Shown here piece by piece: positions 1-12,757 of a stretch of DNA of 64,000 nt (the stretch's first letter is position 1; each line of letters begins with the position of its first letter). The position numbers and the translations under genes were made by a program. The DNA comes from Asterias rubens (Eukaryota). The notes beneath the pieces were generated by a model. That model was not told the origin of the DNA and did no database searches. It worked only from the letters and a program-made list of their open reading frames with translations. The DNA lies in the NCBI RefSeq assembly GCF_902459465.1, contig NC_047066.1:11098001-11162000 (forward strand), written 5' to 3'.

Positions 1-289
1 TTGAGTTGAGCTAACTCACTTGCGAATATCGCTGTGAAAGGAGGGTTGTGACGTCAAACTCACTTCGCATTCGCATTCACAGGAAGTATCAACCGGGCTT
101 AACTCGTCCTAATTCAAGACTAAACTCTTTGTGACATCCACCCCTAGTGGTTCTGAAAAGGACCAGTGGTTTTACAACTCAATTTTCGATCATATGCTCT
201 GATAGTCTTCAGGAAAAACTACTAAACAGAATTTCCACTGAGCAAATTTTCAAATCCAATTTGAACAATAAAATAGAGAGATCCCATAC

Positions 290-398
290 CTGGGCTAAGG
301 ACTTCGGATGTGAGCTGATAGATGTAGTAGCCATAGATGAAAGTTTTCTTCGCAGCACTGCTGAACACTGCTCGGATGTAACCTTCCTCAAGTATTAC
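290..398 (-). CDS. DEPDC5: DEPDC5 exon (DEP domain end): VILEEGYIRAVFSSAAKKTFIYGYYIYQLTSEVLSP; gene continues past the left edge
   Basis: Aligns to MLEEQLITHAS...TFIYGFYFYKI; AAG/GTATG, phase 0/1. Confidence 0.9.
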
Positions 399-1234
399 CT
401 TGAAAAACAAAAAGCAGCCATCTTAGATTGCAGACTCTTATATTAATGACAACAACAATATTTAATACAGTACAGTGCAAACTATACCAATGAGGTACTC
501 CAGGCACTAAACAAACAGTAACACTTTGAGAAAGGTTTTGAATTTGCTGAGTCATGAGGGGATTTATGTAGCACATTGTAAAGGTTTTTGCAAGGTGATG
601 CCAGAAGTACTGGGCAAACCTCTTCTCTTAGCAATAAGTGTAACTGAGTTACGGGTGTGTCGTGGCCGAGCGATGTAGTTCACTGAGCCCAAGCTTTGGT
701 GCTGTCAGCAGCAATGGGGAAGTTTGAATCCTGTTTATGACACTTACTTTGCCCTTAAGCAAGGCACTTGACCGTAACTGCTTCTTAAAAAGTTGGGAAG
801 GTAGTGCATTCTGCTCTCAACAAGGCTCCTACTGTATAGTCGATGATGTGCGATGGGGGTACATGTATATACAATTTTCCAAAAACTTATTTTTCTAATC
901 ACATCAAATTGCTTCAATCAGTCAACTAATGTGTTTAACAACAAACTCAAACAACTCATCTAACTGCCCTTAGCTACCGGGAAATCTTGGTGATCTAGTT
1001 GGTAATGGACACTGCTCTAGCATTGCAAAGGTCGTGGGTTCAAATCCATCCCAAAATATATATGTCTGTAATTTTTTTAACAGAACTCGGAAAGTACGAA
1101 GTATACAGTGCCATTACACATCGCTGAAAGGGTAAAACACAAACTTATCAAAACCCATACAGATTTGTTAAAAGTCAGTTTGAAAAACAAAAAAAAATTA
1201 ATATTCCATCAATTTTGTTGTGATTTTTATTTAC

Positions 1235-1373
1235 CTGCATAAGGGCCATAGCTTCTTTATGAGTGACACTCCCTGCCAAGGTTTTCCGCACCCAGGCTAC
1301 GCAGTCTGCTGAAACAAAACAGTCTCCTTGGGGCAAACCTTTGACGTCACCCGTGATGAAATTCATTCCTTCA
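1235..1373 (-). CDS. DEPDC5: DEPDC5 exon (DEP domain): EGMNFITGDVKGLPQGDCFVSADCVAWVRKTLAGSVTHKEAMALMQ
   Basis: Aligns to [25 protein letters not shown]...AIDIMQ; TAG/GTAAA, phase 2/0. Confidence 0.9.
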
Positions 1374-1895
1374 CTAAAACAAAAACAAAAAACAATAAAA
1401 GTCACCTGTGAATGTTTCAGCTGAATGCTTGTTCAAAAATAAGCACAAAATTGAAAATATTTTTTCACCAAGACATCGAATCAATAGGTGACAGCAGATA
1501 CCATGTCATCTCTGGCCGAACCATTTATTTACAGACAACACAGAAATTTCAATCTCCAAAAGTTACCCAAGGGCACTTTTGTATATTCATTTTCGTGGAC
1601 TTATTTTAATTTTATTTATAATCCTGACATTCCTTTCACTTGCACCCTGCAATCTAAGGAGTTGTTTTGAGTAGAACATTTCCGTCTGTGAGTCAATTAA
1701 GCTCCTCTCCCAATATGTGGCGTATCTCTCTTCTACGATCAGTCCAGCTCGTATAAAAAAAGAATTGGTATGGATGATGGCCAAGCTGCATTTCCACTGA
1801 GTACGCCAAGAAAGGCCCCTTGCTTGGTAAATCAGCTGCCATCAAAAAGTTCCCCAAAAGTCTCCCATTGAATAAAGCACAATATTAAAACTCAC

Positions 1896-2215
1896 ATCAT
1901 ATCTCTCATCTTGTTGGTTATATACAACAGAGGTGAGGCCAGACTGAGTTTCTCTCTCTCTGGTGAGCTCGGATAACTCTTAAAGACGCCCGACCCGTCC
2001 TCCTTCCCCCTGGCTATACTAATCCCAGCGAGGGCGCTAGTAATGGTGGCTGTGTTGAGACTCAAGTTGGGCTGGAAACTTGTAGGGGTAGAGTCCCCAC
2101 TTCCACTAGTACGAGAAATCAGGCGACGAGTTGTGCTCCCAGCGTTGGGATCCGCAGCCACAGATGGTCTCTGGAAAATAATGTTCACAAAGAATTTCAC
2201 AGTTACATTTTCAGG
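1896..2215 (-). CDS. DEPDC5: DEPDC5 exon (low-complexity linker before DEP): PENVTVKF...LSLASPLLYITNKMRDM
   Basis: Open frame, CAG/GTGAG, phase 0/2 bridges neighbours; 3' end aligns to LTSSSTLTEILEAMK. The acceptor position is less certain. Confidence 0.8.
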
Positions 2216-2349
2216 CTGAGTAGCTTCGAACAGGTACACCCGAGCAAAAATATTGTCAAAAAAGGAAGATGCTATAGCTCAGTTGTTAGTGAAATCAGTC
2301 TGGAGGTTGCAGGTTCAGTTTCATCACAAACCTAAAATTTCTTTAAATA

Positions 2350-2715
2350 TAAAGGCATTGGTAACTATTGGTAATTACTCAAAATATTTGTTAGCATAAA
2401 AACTTACTTGGTAACGAGCAATGGAGAGGCGTTGAGGGTATAAAACATTGTGAGAAACAGCTTCCTCTGAACATGCTCTGAAGTAACATATCTCACTAAA
2501 ATATTAAAAACCTCAGGCCCCAAACCTTTTTTAGTTATCGGAAAGCACACAAATTTGTGCAACAAGGGTCTTCCTTCTTATGCTCTTGCAACGTCGATGA
2601 CCAATTGAGTCAAACTTTTTACCACATATTTGTTATTTTATTCATTATGATGTTGGGGTACACCAAGTGAGAATACTGGTCTTTGACAATTACCAAAGGT
2701 GTCCAGTGCCTTTAA
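2350..2715. mobile_element. Kolobok-type MITE family A (TTAA-flanked, AGG...CCT ends, ~370-400 bp)
   Basis: TIR aaggca.tggacactattggtaatt...aattacca..gtgtccagtgcctt. Confidence 0.8.
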
Positions 2716-2755
2716 AAGCAGTTTCCAATTCTAGATGGTTTATAACAAGTCATAC

Positions 2756-2962
2756 CTTGCTTGGAGGTCGACTCGGCGCTCGTCGCCTACGATTCAATCC
2801 CTCCACAAACCGCAGGAAACCATCTTGCAGAGTCATCTTCTGCGACTCTGTTCTTTCCTCAAAGACATCCAAGGGTCCTTGGTAACTCTGATCACAGAGT
2901 TTGCGCATCAAGGAAGATGCTGAAGGGAGGAGGATGAAACGACTTCGCCAAAACTTCAACGA
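2756..2962 (-). CDS. DEPDC5: DEPDC5 exon: SLKFWRSRFILLP...LQDGFLRFVEGLNRRRRAPSRPPSK
   Basis: Hallmark SLKFWR.RF.LLP and DGF.RFVEGLNR; CAG/GTATG, phase 0/0. Confidence 0.96.
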
Positions 2963-3523
2963 CTGCAACCAAAGCAAAATATTTTTCTATAATTTCTTGC
3001 TCTCTTTAATATGTTTGTTCATTGGTGTTTGTGCTTGTTTTTTTGTATAACCTTTTTGACACTCCTTGAATTTTCTTCTGTGTATTGATGTTGTTAACCA
3101 GCTGTAACCACTGTGCAATTAAGGCATTAGGGCTGCCATGGTGTGAATAAATAAGCAAAAGTTTCAGATTTGTTAAGAATTCAGTAAGTTTGGGTTTTTG
3201 GTCCAACATCTTTTTTTTTTGGTGTGTGATTTTAAAGTTTCAAATGATACAGAAAGGACAACTGAAGACATTTCATCTGTGTGGAGTGGGTAAACAAGCA
3301 AAAGCTTCAAATTTTTTGCGAATTTTGTTAGTTTGGGTTATAGTTTGCTGGCGTCACAAAATTGACAGATTTAGGGTCAATTTTGTGTGTGTGATTTTAT
3401 GGTCTCAAATGATACAGAAAGGACTTCTGGTGACATTTCATTTTTTTTTTTTCATTCCACATTTGTTGAAGTAGGAAAATGTTAATGTCATTTCCATATC
3501 AAACTTTTCGAAAGTCTTCTTAC

Positions 3524-3704
3524 CTCTTGCAGGTCGAAGCCCTCTCTCATAGCAGCACCTCCTAAACAGATGTAGTTATCACGATGATTCCATTTATTAT
3601 CTATTGGATTACGGAATATTCTAGTATGGCGGATCTCGTAGCCAGACTTGCAAATCGGCCACAGTCTGTAGGAGTAACCCAGCTTCAGAGTTGTCCTCTG
3701 TTTC
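3524..3704 (-). CDS. DEPDC5: DEPDC5 exon: KQRTTLKLGYSYRLWP...DNKWNHRDNYICLGGAAMREGFDLQE
   Basis: Hand translated; aligns to HYTYSLCP...EYKWNYLDQYIC...DFSLIE; CAG/GTAAG, phase 2/0. Confidence 0.9.
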
Positions 3705-4342
3705 CTGGGAGAAAAAATAGATGGTATTTAAGCAAACAATCATATATTTGTTTATAGATGCTAAATTTGCATCAGGGATAGAATTTTTATATTTTTTTTA
3801 TATATGGATACATATGTATCTGCTGCATGATGAGTGCCTTATGGTAGGAAATAGTCTCATCAGAAGAGAGATATGCCAAAGTTTGATTAGCTCTTATTCT
3901 GAATGTCTTATATATATACATACATGTATAAATAGGATTCAAACTGCCTCTAGCTACTGGGTATCAAAGATCAGGGGTTCAAATCCCACCAGAGTAATAT
4001 GCCTGTGATTTTTGTTCATAGAACTCGGGCAAGTACTGAGTAATGTATTAAAGTTCTAACTCACATCAGTGGGAGGGTAAAACCAAAATTAATAAACAGA
4101 ATAGAAACAACACTTTTTTTCCATTAAAAATGGCATCCATCCAGGTTAAATGTTTTATGATGCACTCGCTAAATTTCCAATAGTCAATTCTTTGTTTAAC
4201 CCCAAAATCATTTCAAAATTTACCCAGTCAGTTTCCCTTGTGGTTTATATTGATAAATTTCCAATAGATAGAGTTATCATGAAAGATGAAATTAAATTAA
4301 AAGCCTCTAATGTAATAAAGAGACGGGGCGAAGATTACTAAC

Positions 4343-4434
4343 CTCTTTGTGTATCTGACGATCTCTATGCTCTTCATATCTGGCTTGAGGCTTATCTTAT
4401 GATACGACTGACCATAGCTCAAGATAAACACATG
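4343..4434 (-). CDS. DEPDC5: DEPDC5 exon: HVFILSYGQSYHKISLKPDMKSIEIVRYTK(R)
   Basis: Hand translated; aligns to [27 protein letters not shown]/GTTAG, phase 0/2. Confidence 0.88.
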
Positions 4435-5454
4435 CTGTGTGGGAAAAGGAAAGAACATCGGTGAAGGCATAACTATTTATTCCTGGGGTTGTTGGGTATA
4501 CATGCATGTACAATAAGGGAATAACAGAGTGGTAAATCAGCTTTCAGTAACCATCTAATACAAGGCCTTTGTTTCAGCCCCGGGAGAAGGTGCAAGTGAC
4601 CCTAGTTGATTTGGGTCAACAAGCCCAAATCAGTCTGTAGCAGTCACCTTGAAGTGGCCATCAAGTGACGATTCTCACAAACAATTTCTATTAAACAATT
4701 AAACTGTAAAAAAACAAGTTTCGTATAGTGTGATCATGTCAGGTGAATAGTACACAAATATTGACTGCTTTGCGTGCTATGGTTAAAACTACAAATCCCG
4801 AGGGTATCCCCGGAGCGTTCTATTGTTCCTGAGGCGCAGCCGAGGGAAAATTAAATGGTCCGGGGATCACCGAGTCGTAGTGTTAACCTTAGCACGAGTT
4901 AAAGCAGTCAATATTTGTTTTATAACACCCCCAACAGACTGTTTTATCATCTTCGTACACGTAACGTTCGTGCGCGCATTTCAGATACACAGATGCACAA
5001 CTGATTGGGTTCGAGGTGGGTAAAAAGACGTCATGGTAATGCACGCCGTGTGATAGTCGTCATATGGCAAATTATGCACTATCACACGGCAAACGGTGCA
5101 CTATCACACAGCCGCCGTCTAGTAAAACTAAGACATATCATGTGACGCGCTTTAAACCAATGAAAATGCAGAATATTTGTAAGGGGTGTTATAAAACAAA
5201 AGAATGCAGAAGCTCCATCTTGAAGTATAACCCAATGCATCTTTGGAAATTGAGCGGTTAACAAATAAATCAAGCTGCCAAGATGGACGCCATAGTTTAC
5301 ATGTACATGTAACATGCCAGGTTTTATAGCTGTGTAACTGCATTGCTTTTAAATCAGCACGCCATGATGGTTGCCAGTGTTGGTTTGACTCTAGAATCCT
5401 TTTTGCACTGACCATGCACATTGGGAAATGTATAATGTTGAGTCAATGTTTGTA

Positions 5455-5808
5455 GGGTGTCATGACCGAGTGGTTTAGAGCATCGAATTCAAGTTTTAGT
5501 GGTTACATGTAAGTCATCTGAGTGTGGGTTAGAATCCCGGTCGTTACACTGGAGTCCTTGAGCAAGCTGCTTTACTATAATTACTGTGTTCACCGAGGGG
5601 TATAAATGGGTACCTGCAAGGATAGAGGTTGACATTGTGTATGGAAAAGCCACTAGCCCCAAACTGTGGCTCATGGCTGTGTACTCCCCAGGGAGCTGAG
5701 AAAGATTAAATGAATGTTATCGGTCCAATGAACAGGGCACTAATGTAAAGCGCATTGAGATATTAATGTGAAATGAGCTTGAACTAGTTGTTTTTATTAT
5801 TTATTAAT
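5455..5808 (+). mobile_element. tRNA-derived SINE with CORE-like domain; other copies at 653-790 (+, partial) and 20860-21160 (-)
   Basis: A/B-box-like head; gtccttgagcaag...tataaatgggtacc central domain; AT-rich tail. Confidence 0.7.
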
Positions 5809-5814
5809 ACTGAC

Positions 5815-5907
5815 CTTGTCTGGATTAGTGACTAAAGGAAGATGGCTGCTTCCCTTGAGGGATAAATTGGCTATCTCTGATTTGGGCAACAGAATCAGCT
5901 GGTAATT
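5815..5907 (-). CDS. DEPDC5: DEPDC5 exon: NYQLILLPKSEIANLSLKGSSHLPLVTNPDK
   Basis: Hand translated; starts like GYQIIVQPK; CAG/GTCAG, phase 0/0. Confidence 0.82.
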
Positions 5908-6058
5908 CTGCAAAAGGAATGGTAGTCAAAAACAAACAAACAAAGAAACAAAGAATTGTCAGAAAAGAAATGTGCTGTTTTGTTTTGTCAAATTACTTTT
6001 ATGACATTTATACTGATTGTTTTCTTTCGAAATCTCACGTTTTTTTGTAAAGCTGACT

Positions 6059-6438
6059 TTTAAACTAGACACCTTAGGTAATTGTCAAAGACCAGTATTC
6101 TCACTTGGTGTATCTCAACATGTGCATAAAACAACAAACCTATGAAAATTTGGACTCAATTGGTCGTCAAAGTTGCGCGAAAATAATGGAAGAAATAACA
6201 CCCTTGTCGCTTTCAGATGCTTTGAATTTGAGAACTCAGATGAGGTCTCTTATTCAATTCAAATAATTTTATTTAAGTGAGAATTTACCTCTTTCTAGTA
6301 ATAAAATTATGTTTTTTCAGAAGGAGCTGTTTCTTACAATGTTTTAAACTAACAGCAGCTCACCATTGCTCGGTACCAAGTAAGTATTTATGCTAACAAT
6401 TATTTTGAGTAATTACCAATAGTGTCCAGGGCCTTTAA
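6059..6438. mobile_element. Kolobok-type MITE family A
   Basis: Same internal sequence and TIRs. Confidence 0.78.
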
Positions 6439-6925
6439 AAGAATTGTAGTGAAACGACGAAGAAGAATATTACAAAATTGTCAGAAAAGAAAGCTGCTGT
6501 TTGTTTTGTCAAACTAATTATTGTATTTATATTGAAATTGTTTTGTTCAGAAATCTAACCTGTTCAAGCTTGGATGTTAGGGCTTTGTGTACATCTGTTT
6601 ATTTTAAAAGAATTGTAGTGAAACAAAGAGGAAGAATAAAACAAAATTTGTAGAAAAGAAAACAACATCACTGCTTGTTTTGTCGAACTACAAAACACAT
6701 TTAAAAAACAATTCCTCAAGAAATCTTAACTGTTCAAACTTAATTAATCTTTTTGGTATTTTTACTCAAGTGCATTGAAAAAATAAACTTAACTTTGTTT
6801 CTAGTTTCTATTCATCCTGCTATAACAAAATATTAAAAAATAAAAATAAAATTAACAAAAAGGAGTAAATTTTCTTCGAAAGCAAAATATTAAACTTCTC
6901 AAAAAATGCTAACTGCAATGCTAAC

Positions 6926-7128
6926 CTGAATCAATCTCTGTGAGATGAGTTCCTCAAAGACGCTCTGGATGGTTTTACCAGATGGAGACATCTCCTCGCC
7001 ATCTTCGGGAATGATGTCCAAGGTTTGTGGGTTCTCATGGAAGTCCGTCTCCAGGGTCTTGTTGTCAGGATAGAAGTCTGTCGTGATCGGGAAACAGGCT
7101 GTGGCAGTCAGAGACTTCCAATCCACGC
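6926..7128 (-). CDS. DEPDC5: DEPDC5 exon (SHEN domain start): GVDWKSLTATACFPITTDFYPD...QSVFEELISQRLIQ
   Basis: Hallmark GVDWKSLT.PAC.P.TTD..PD and VFEE.I.QRL.Q; TAG/GTTAG, phase 1/0. Confidence 0.96.
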
Positions 7129-7157
7129 CTAAGAACAAATACCAATCAAATAATTGT

Positions 7158-7530
7158 TTAAAGGCAGTGGACACTATTGGTAATTACTCAAAATAATTAT
7201 TGGCAGAAAACCTTTCTTGGTGATGAGTAATGGGGAGAGGTTGATGGTATAAAACATTGTGAGAAACGGCTCCCTCTGAAGCACCATAGTTTTCGAGAAA
7301 GAAGTAATTTTCCACGAATTTGATTTCGAGACCTCAGATTTAGAACTTGAGGTCTCGAAATCAACCATCTAAACGCACACAACTTCGTGTGACAAGGGTT
7401 ATTTTTCTGTCATCATTATCTCGCAACTTCGATGACCGATTGAGCTCAAATTTTCACAGGTTTGTTATTTTATGCATATGTTGAGATACACCAACTGTGA
7501 AGGCTAGTCTTTGACAATTACTGCCTTTAA
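7158..7530. mobile_element. Kolobok-type MITE family A, 30 nt upstream of a DEPDC5 acceptor
   Basis: ttaaaggcagtggacac...ctgcctttaa; small deletion in the right TIR. Confidence 0.85.
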
Positions 7531-7545
7531 CATAGGATTGGAACT

Positions 7546-7765
7546 GCCTCTAGCTACTGGCAGTCACGGTAGTCTTATTGGTAAGACACTGCTCTAGAAT
7601 TGCAAGGGTTGTGGGTTCGAATCCCACCCGAGTAACATGCTGGTGATATTTTTTCACAGGACTCGGGAAAGTACGGAGTATACAGTGCTAACACACATCG
7701 GTGTATGGGTAAAACCCAAAATTAATATTATTTATCCCCGATGCAAATTTAACATCTATTATATA
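7546..7765 (+). mobile_element. tRNA-derived SINE family 2; other copies at 965-1150, 3945-4100 (+) and ~16040-16170 (-)
   Basis: A box-like tagtcttattggt, B box ggttcgaatcc, shared body gactcgggaaagtac.gagtatacagtgc. Confidence 0.72.
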
Positions 7766-8708
7766 ACATAACTTTACTTGTTGGTTCCTTGATCTAAAAA
7801 CATTTAGTAAATGTCAAAGACCAGTATTAATAATAATAATAACAACAAAAACAGCATTTAAAAGGCGCATTATGAAGCACAGATTCCTCAATGCGCCCAA
7901 CAATCAAAACAAAAAGCTAAACACTTTACCAATTAAAATATAGGACAAATACTAAGTTAACCGAAAAATATCTCACTCACACAGCACTTGATGTACCCTA
8001 ACATTTGCATAAAATAACAAATCTGAGAAAATTTGAGCTCAATTGGTCATCAAATGTGCAAAAAAAAAAAAAAAATGTCTGACAATGGCTTCATGTACAC
8101 CTCAAACATTGCCCTCTTGTGGTCATGTTTTAAACTGATTACAATAGAACTTTATCACGCTGTCACCATCTTGGCCATGTTCCCTGTTTCCAATAACAGT
8201 AATGAATGCTAACATTCTTTGAACATACATGTAGCACCAGACTACTATTTTGTCCAGCCTTATAGTTTGGTTACATGAGTTGGAATAGAGCTAAAATCAA
8301 GATGACCACGCCATGATAAAGGTCTTTATCTTCCAGTACGCGCTAATCCACCAATCAGAAGCTCGAACTAATAGGGGGAAAAAACATATACGACCTCTGT
8401 TTTATATCCTACGTACTTCCTCTGTTTTTATTACACAGTGCGTATTGGGAAAAGGTCATTTTGTCACGCTCCGTATACGAACGGTGCAAAAATTACATTC
8501 TTAACTTTGTGCGCATGAAATAACGCTCTGATATTATTAATTTCGCCCCTTGTAAGTTAGACTGGAAGAAAAATTTGTTATCACACGCGCGCTCGTGAAT
8601 TACGAAAAAATATAGCGCGTCTGTGTCCCATATATCCACGCAGAAGCGCTATATTTGTTTGTATTCCACTCGCGCTTGTGTGATAACTTATAATAGAGGT
8701 TACTTTAC

Positions 8709-8831
8709 CTGTTTGTAGGAAGGGTGTCCAAGCTTGCTCTCCAGTAATGCCCCATCCGCATCCAATCCTTCTCTTCAAATTCACCATCAAACCGAGCATT
8801 CTGTTTGGAGAATCTAAACGAAATTCACCAG
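8709..8831 (-). CDS. DEPDC5: DEPDC5 exon: AGEFRLDSPNRMLGLMVNLKRRIGCGWGITGEQAWTPFLQT
   Basis: WG.TGEQ.WTP motif as recalled from invertebrate Iml1; CAG/GTAAA, phase 1/1. Confidence 0.9.
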
Positions 8832-9386
8832 CTGCATTAGCGAAGGGTAAATACCACCATTGAAAACAATAAATCAAGTAGTTTTTCGTACTTTAAAATT
8901 TATATAAATGATTTTTTTTTTTTTTCAAATGAAAAATTACTCCGGTTATAATGCAAAATACATGTAGTCCATACAGGTAGTTTAGCTACAGGATATCAAA
9001 CAAGTCAAAACTAAAAAACTAAAAAAAGGTTTAACTTTTCTTTTTGATATCGTTCTGATAAAAACTGAATGTGAACAGAATTTTGAGGTGTCAAACAACC
9101 ATGTCTTTTGAGAACCATCACAATTCATAGAGAGATTTGTACATGGTGTTACCGCAAACCTAACCAGATTAGAGTCATACAAATGATGTTATCAAAAACC
9201 TTACAAGATTGCATGTTCACAGTGCACAGTTCAAAAACATAAAGTTCTATCACATGGTGATACCGAAAATCTTACTAGATAAATTAATGCCATCCCACCA
9301 TACAAAGTTTCAGGTGTAATCATTACCTCCATGATGTAACATACAAAAATTGGACCCCAAGAGGCATGCATGACCTTTGACCTCAC

Positions 9387-9536
9387 CATCATTAGTAGTC
9401 TCCTCTCCAGCGGATTCATTGAAGAGACTAGATGCACTTGATGATGAACTGATGAGGTCACTGCTGCTGTTACCAGTGGACTCGCTGGTCAGGGAGCTGT
9501 GTTTGTGATGAAGCTGGATCACATCTCCATGAGGTC
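9387..9536 (-). CDS. DEPDC5: DEPDC5 exon: GPHGDVIQLHHKHSS...EETTND (Ser-rich linker)
   Basis: Begins like GPSGEAIQIHH; CAG/GTGAG, phase 1/1. Confidence 0.88.
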
Positions 9537-9727
9537 CTGTACCGAATACAATCAAAACGATCGTTGTAAGGATTAGTTTTGATGAATGTAGAACGTTTTG
9601 AAAATAGGCAAAAAGATGTTATATAATCAGCCCGTGTTATTTCAACTTATAAGATCTCATAAGACTCTTATACAAATGTTATAAGACTGCTCTTAGCAGT
9701 TCAAAAAAGGTTCTTATATGATTCCTT

Positions 9728-10096
9728 TTAAAGACCCTGGACTCTATTGGTAATTACTCACAATATAATTGTTAGCATAAAACCTTACTTGGTAAGAGTA
9801 ATGGAGAGAGGTTGATAGTATCAAACATTTTGAGGAACGGCTCCCTCTGAAGTGTGGTAATTTTAGAGAAAGAAGTAATTTTCCACGAATTTGAATTTGA
9901 GACCGCAGAATTAGATTTCGAGTTCTCAAAATCAAGTATCTGAAAGTACGCAACTTCATGTGACAAGGGTGTTTTTTCTTTCATTATTATCCTGCAACTT
10001 CATGGACCAATTGAGCTCAAATTTGGACAGGTTCTTATTTAACATTGTTTAATGCATATATGTTGAGATACAGCAAGTGAGAAGACAGGTCTTTAA
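9728..10096. mobile_element. Kolobok-type MITE family A (right end truncated)
   Basis: Family homology. Confidence 0.75.
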
Positions 10097-10436
10097 GTTC
10101 TTATTATTACAAGCCGTTTTTGTCCTTTTCTTCTTTTGTCCAACTGCAACCCCCACCCCCCCAAAAAGTTACAAATTTAAATTTTGGCGTTTTAAATTAG
10201 GTTCACATTAGGAGTAAATTAATACCTATCCTCTGCTGTAAAAGAACATAAAATTAAAATAAAACTCGGTACTTTCCCCGGTCCTATGAAAAATGTCGTT
10301 GTTTATATTGTATTTTGAAATGTCAATTGGATTTAATGTGACATCAATTGTGTATACAAACATAAAACTTGCAACATGAGATACAATGCGAACTAACTTC
10401 AGCAATGCTTTTTTGTATTGGTAAGTAATAGCACAT

Positions 10437-10824
10437 TTAAAGGCAGTAGACATTATTGGTAATTGTCAAAGACTAGCCTCCACAGTTGGTGTATCTCAAC
10501 ATACGCATAAAATAACAAACCTGCACAAATTTGAGCTCAATCGGTCAAAGAACTTGCGAGATAACAATGAAAGAAAAAAACACCCCTGTCACACGAAGTT
10601 GTGTGCGTTTAGCTGCTTGCTCGAGACCTCAAGTTCTAAATCTGAGGTCTCGAAATCAAATTCGTAAATAATTACCTTTTCTCAAAAGCTATCACTATGG
10701 CACTTCAGGGAGCCGTTTCTCACAATATTTTATACTATCAACCTCTCCCCATTACTCGTTACCAAGTAAGGTTTTCTGCTAATAATTATTTTGAGTAATA
10801 ACCAATAGTGTCCACTGCCTTTAA
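10437..10824. mobile_element. Kolobok-type MITE family A
   Basis: Both TIRs and TTAA TSD. Confidence 0.85.
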
Positions 10825-10900
10825 ACATAAAGCACAATATTGAGTAATACATGTGCGTGCAGAGGAAGAAAGAAAGGAAAAAAAGAAATTCCTGACTCAC

Positions 10901-11159
10901 CATGAGGGAAGGTATGGGTCCACCTCCTCCGATCTGGAGTCAGCTTGGTCGTCAAGGAAGCAGGTACGAATGGATTATTACACTTCTGTGTCTTCATGTT
11001 GTGCACTTTGAAGATTGACTTGTCAAACTGTGCACATTCATCCATCTCACTGTCTGAATCATAAGATTCATGTGATACTGGATAGTAGATACCAGTTGCT
11101 GTTTTAGGGGGTAGCTTTGGCAGGCTGTTGGCGTTTGTGGAAGCTGTGCTGTTTTTTAA
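10901..11159 (-). CDS. DEPDC5: DEPDC5 exon: LKNSTAS...AQFDKSIFKVHNMKTQKCNNPFVPASLTTKLTPDRRRWTHTFPH
   Basis: Contains the NPF.P.....KLT..RRRW.HTFP motif; CAG/GTGAG, phase 0/1. Confidence 0.94.
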
Positions 11160-12430
11160 CTGTGGGATAAACAAGGCTAGCAGTTAAATACCTAAATTAC
11201 TTTTTCAAAATAAGTTTGAAAATGGGAGAATGTTTGCTTACAGATATCACTGAGTTAAGGCTGATTGGTTAATAATACTTAAAAAAAACATTTAGATTCT
11301 TTTTTTTACTCAGTTAAAAAAGAAATTGTTTATCACTTGTCACTACTAAGGAAATAAAAGTTGAATTGCATAATTGAATTGAAGAGAATTGAGCCCAGTA
11401 ATTGGCTGTTAAATAACTGACTCACAAGGGAAGATCCTAACCATTTGATTTTGTTATGTTTGGTTTGCGATATTCACCATGTGTGTATCTACTTGCCAGG
11501 TAGAGTTTGTTCCATCATTCTGATTGTTGAATCACGTGTTGCATATTATCAATTTGGTTGCCATGCTACCCTTCTCAAATGGGGTACTAAATAATTCCTT
11601 TTGTGAAGACAGGACACAGAACAAAGGACTGTCCTGAGTAAAGATACACAAACAATACAAGACAAGTACGTGAACTATTATACACATATTGACTGCCAAT
11701 GAGGTAAATAGTGCAAGTCTATTCCCCGGAGGGACTTTGAGTGACCAGAAGAGGGCCAATAAATGAAAAACGTCCCTCTTCTTTTTACTTTTTAAGATTT
11801 ATATTCGCAAAGAAACCTTTAGAATTCTTTTTTTTGTGTACGGGCAATAAGGCTTATGAATACAACAATTTTGTGATCATACTTAAGTCTAATTTGTATC
11901 TTTTAGCACGGAATGGTAGTTTAAAACATCACTTTACTTGTATTAAGTTTTTAACCAAAAATGATATACTGGCTAATTTCAAATGGGAGTAACTCAGCAA
12001 CGGCTGCGATTCACCCCAAAGTTTAGACATATACATGTACCCAATAACTGCTAATGGTGTGTTCTTTCCAGCCATGCATATAACTATATTTTTGAAATTG
12101 TCAACACCTCACTCATTTTCACAGAGCGGGTCACATGTGTTTTTTAACACCTCGATCTTAAATGTGAAATAAGAAAAGAAACTTGGAAAAGAAAGGGAGT
12201 TTTTCAGTTGCTGTTCACAGTTCATGTCAAGGGAGGGCGCTGTAACCAGTCAAAAATTATAAGACTATAGTGGGCCTTCCGGCTCGGGCACTGATTCCGG
12301 AAAACATGCGAACGATCACTACATTTTATTAGTTCACCCCACGTGACCGTGGTTCAGCCAACCACAATACAAAACAAGCAAGGTGTGTTATGAAGAAAAA
12401 TAGACCTGACATCAAACGAAGACAACTTAC

Positions 12431-12589
12431 GTTTTTTGTTGGCAGTCTGAACTTTGGAATGAAGTGTGATTGAGCGGATGAGAAATGCCGCTGTCTCTGA
12501 CTAGGTGATAGATAGAAGCTGTAGTTCAGCCAGTATGGGATATGGTGTGTATTGGTGGAATTCAGGCTCTTGGCTTCATCATCACTGAA
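12431..12589 (-). CDS. DEPDC5: DEPDC5 exon: FSDDEAK...HHIPYWLNYSFYLSPSQ...FIPKFRLPTKN
   Basis: Aligns to YNIPHWINHSFYTSKS...FTPRIKL; CAG/GTAAG, phase 0/0. Confidence 0.92.
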
Positions 12590-12757
12590 CTGAGACCAGA
12601 AAAAGCAAAGGACAAATAAGAAAATATACAGTTTTTGATTTACCCTTAGTACGCCAATGTGTGTAAGCACTTTAAAGTCAGTACTTTCCCAAGTTCTGTG
12701 AAAGATATTCACAGGCATAAAATAATGTAAAAGTGAAATGGTCATCGTGTGATCTGA

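Noticed and set aside
147-446. 99-aa plus-strand ORF
   Set aside because: Antisense to a DEPDC5 exon and its intron; no recognisable homology
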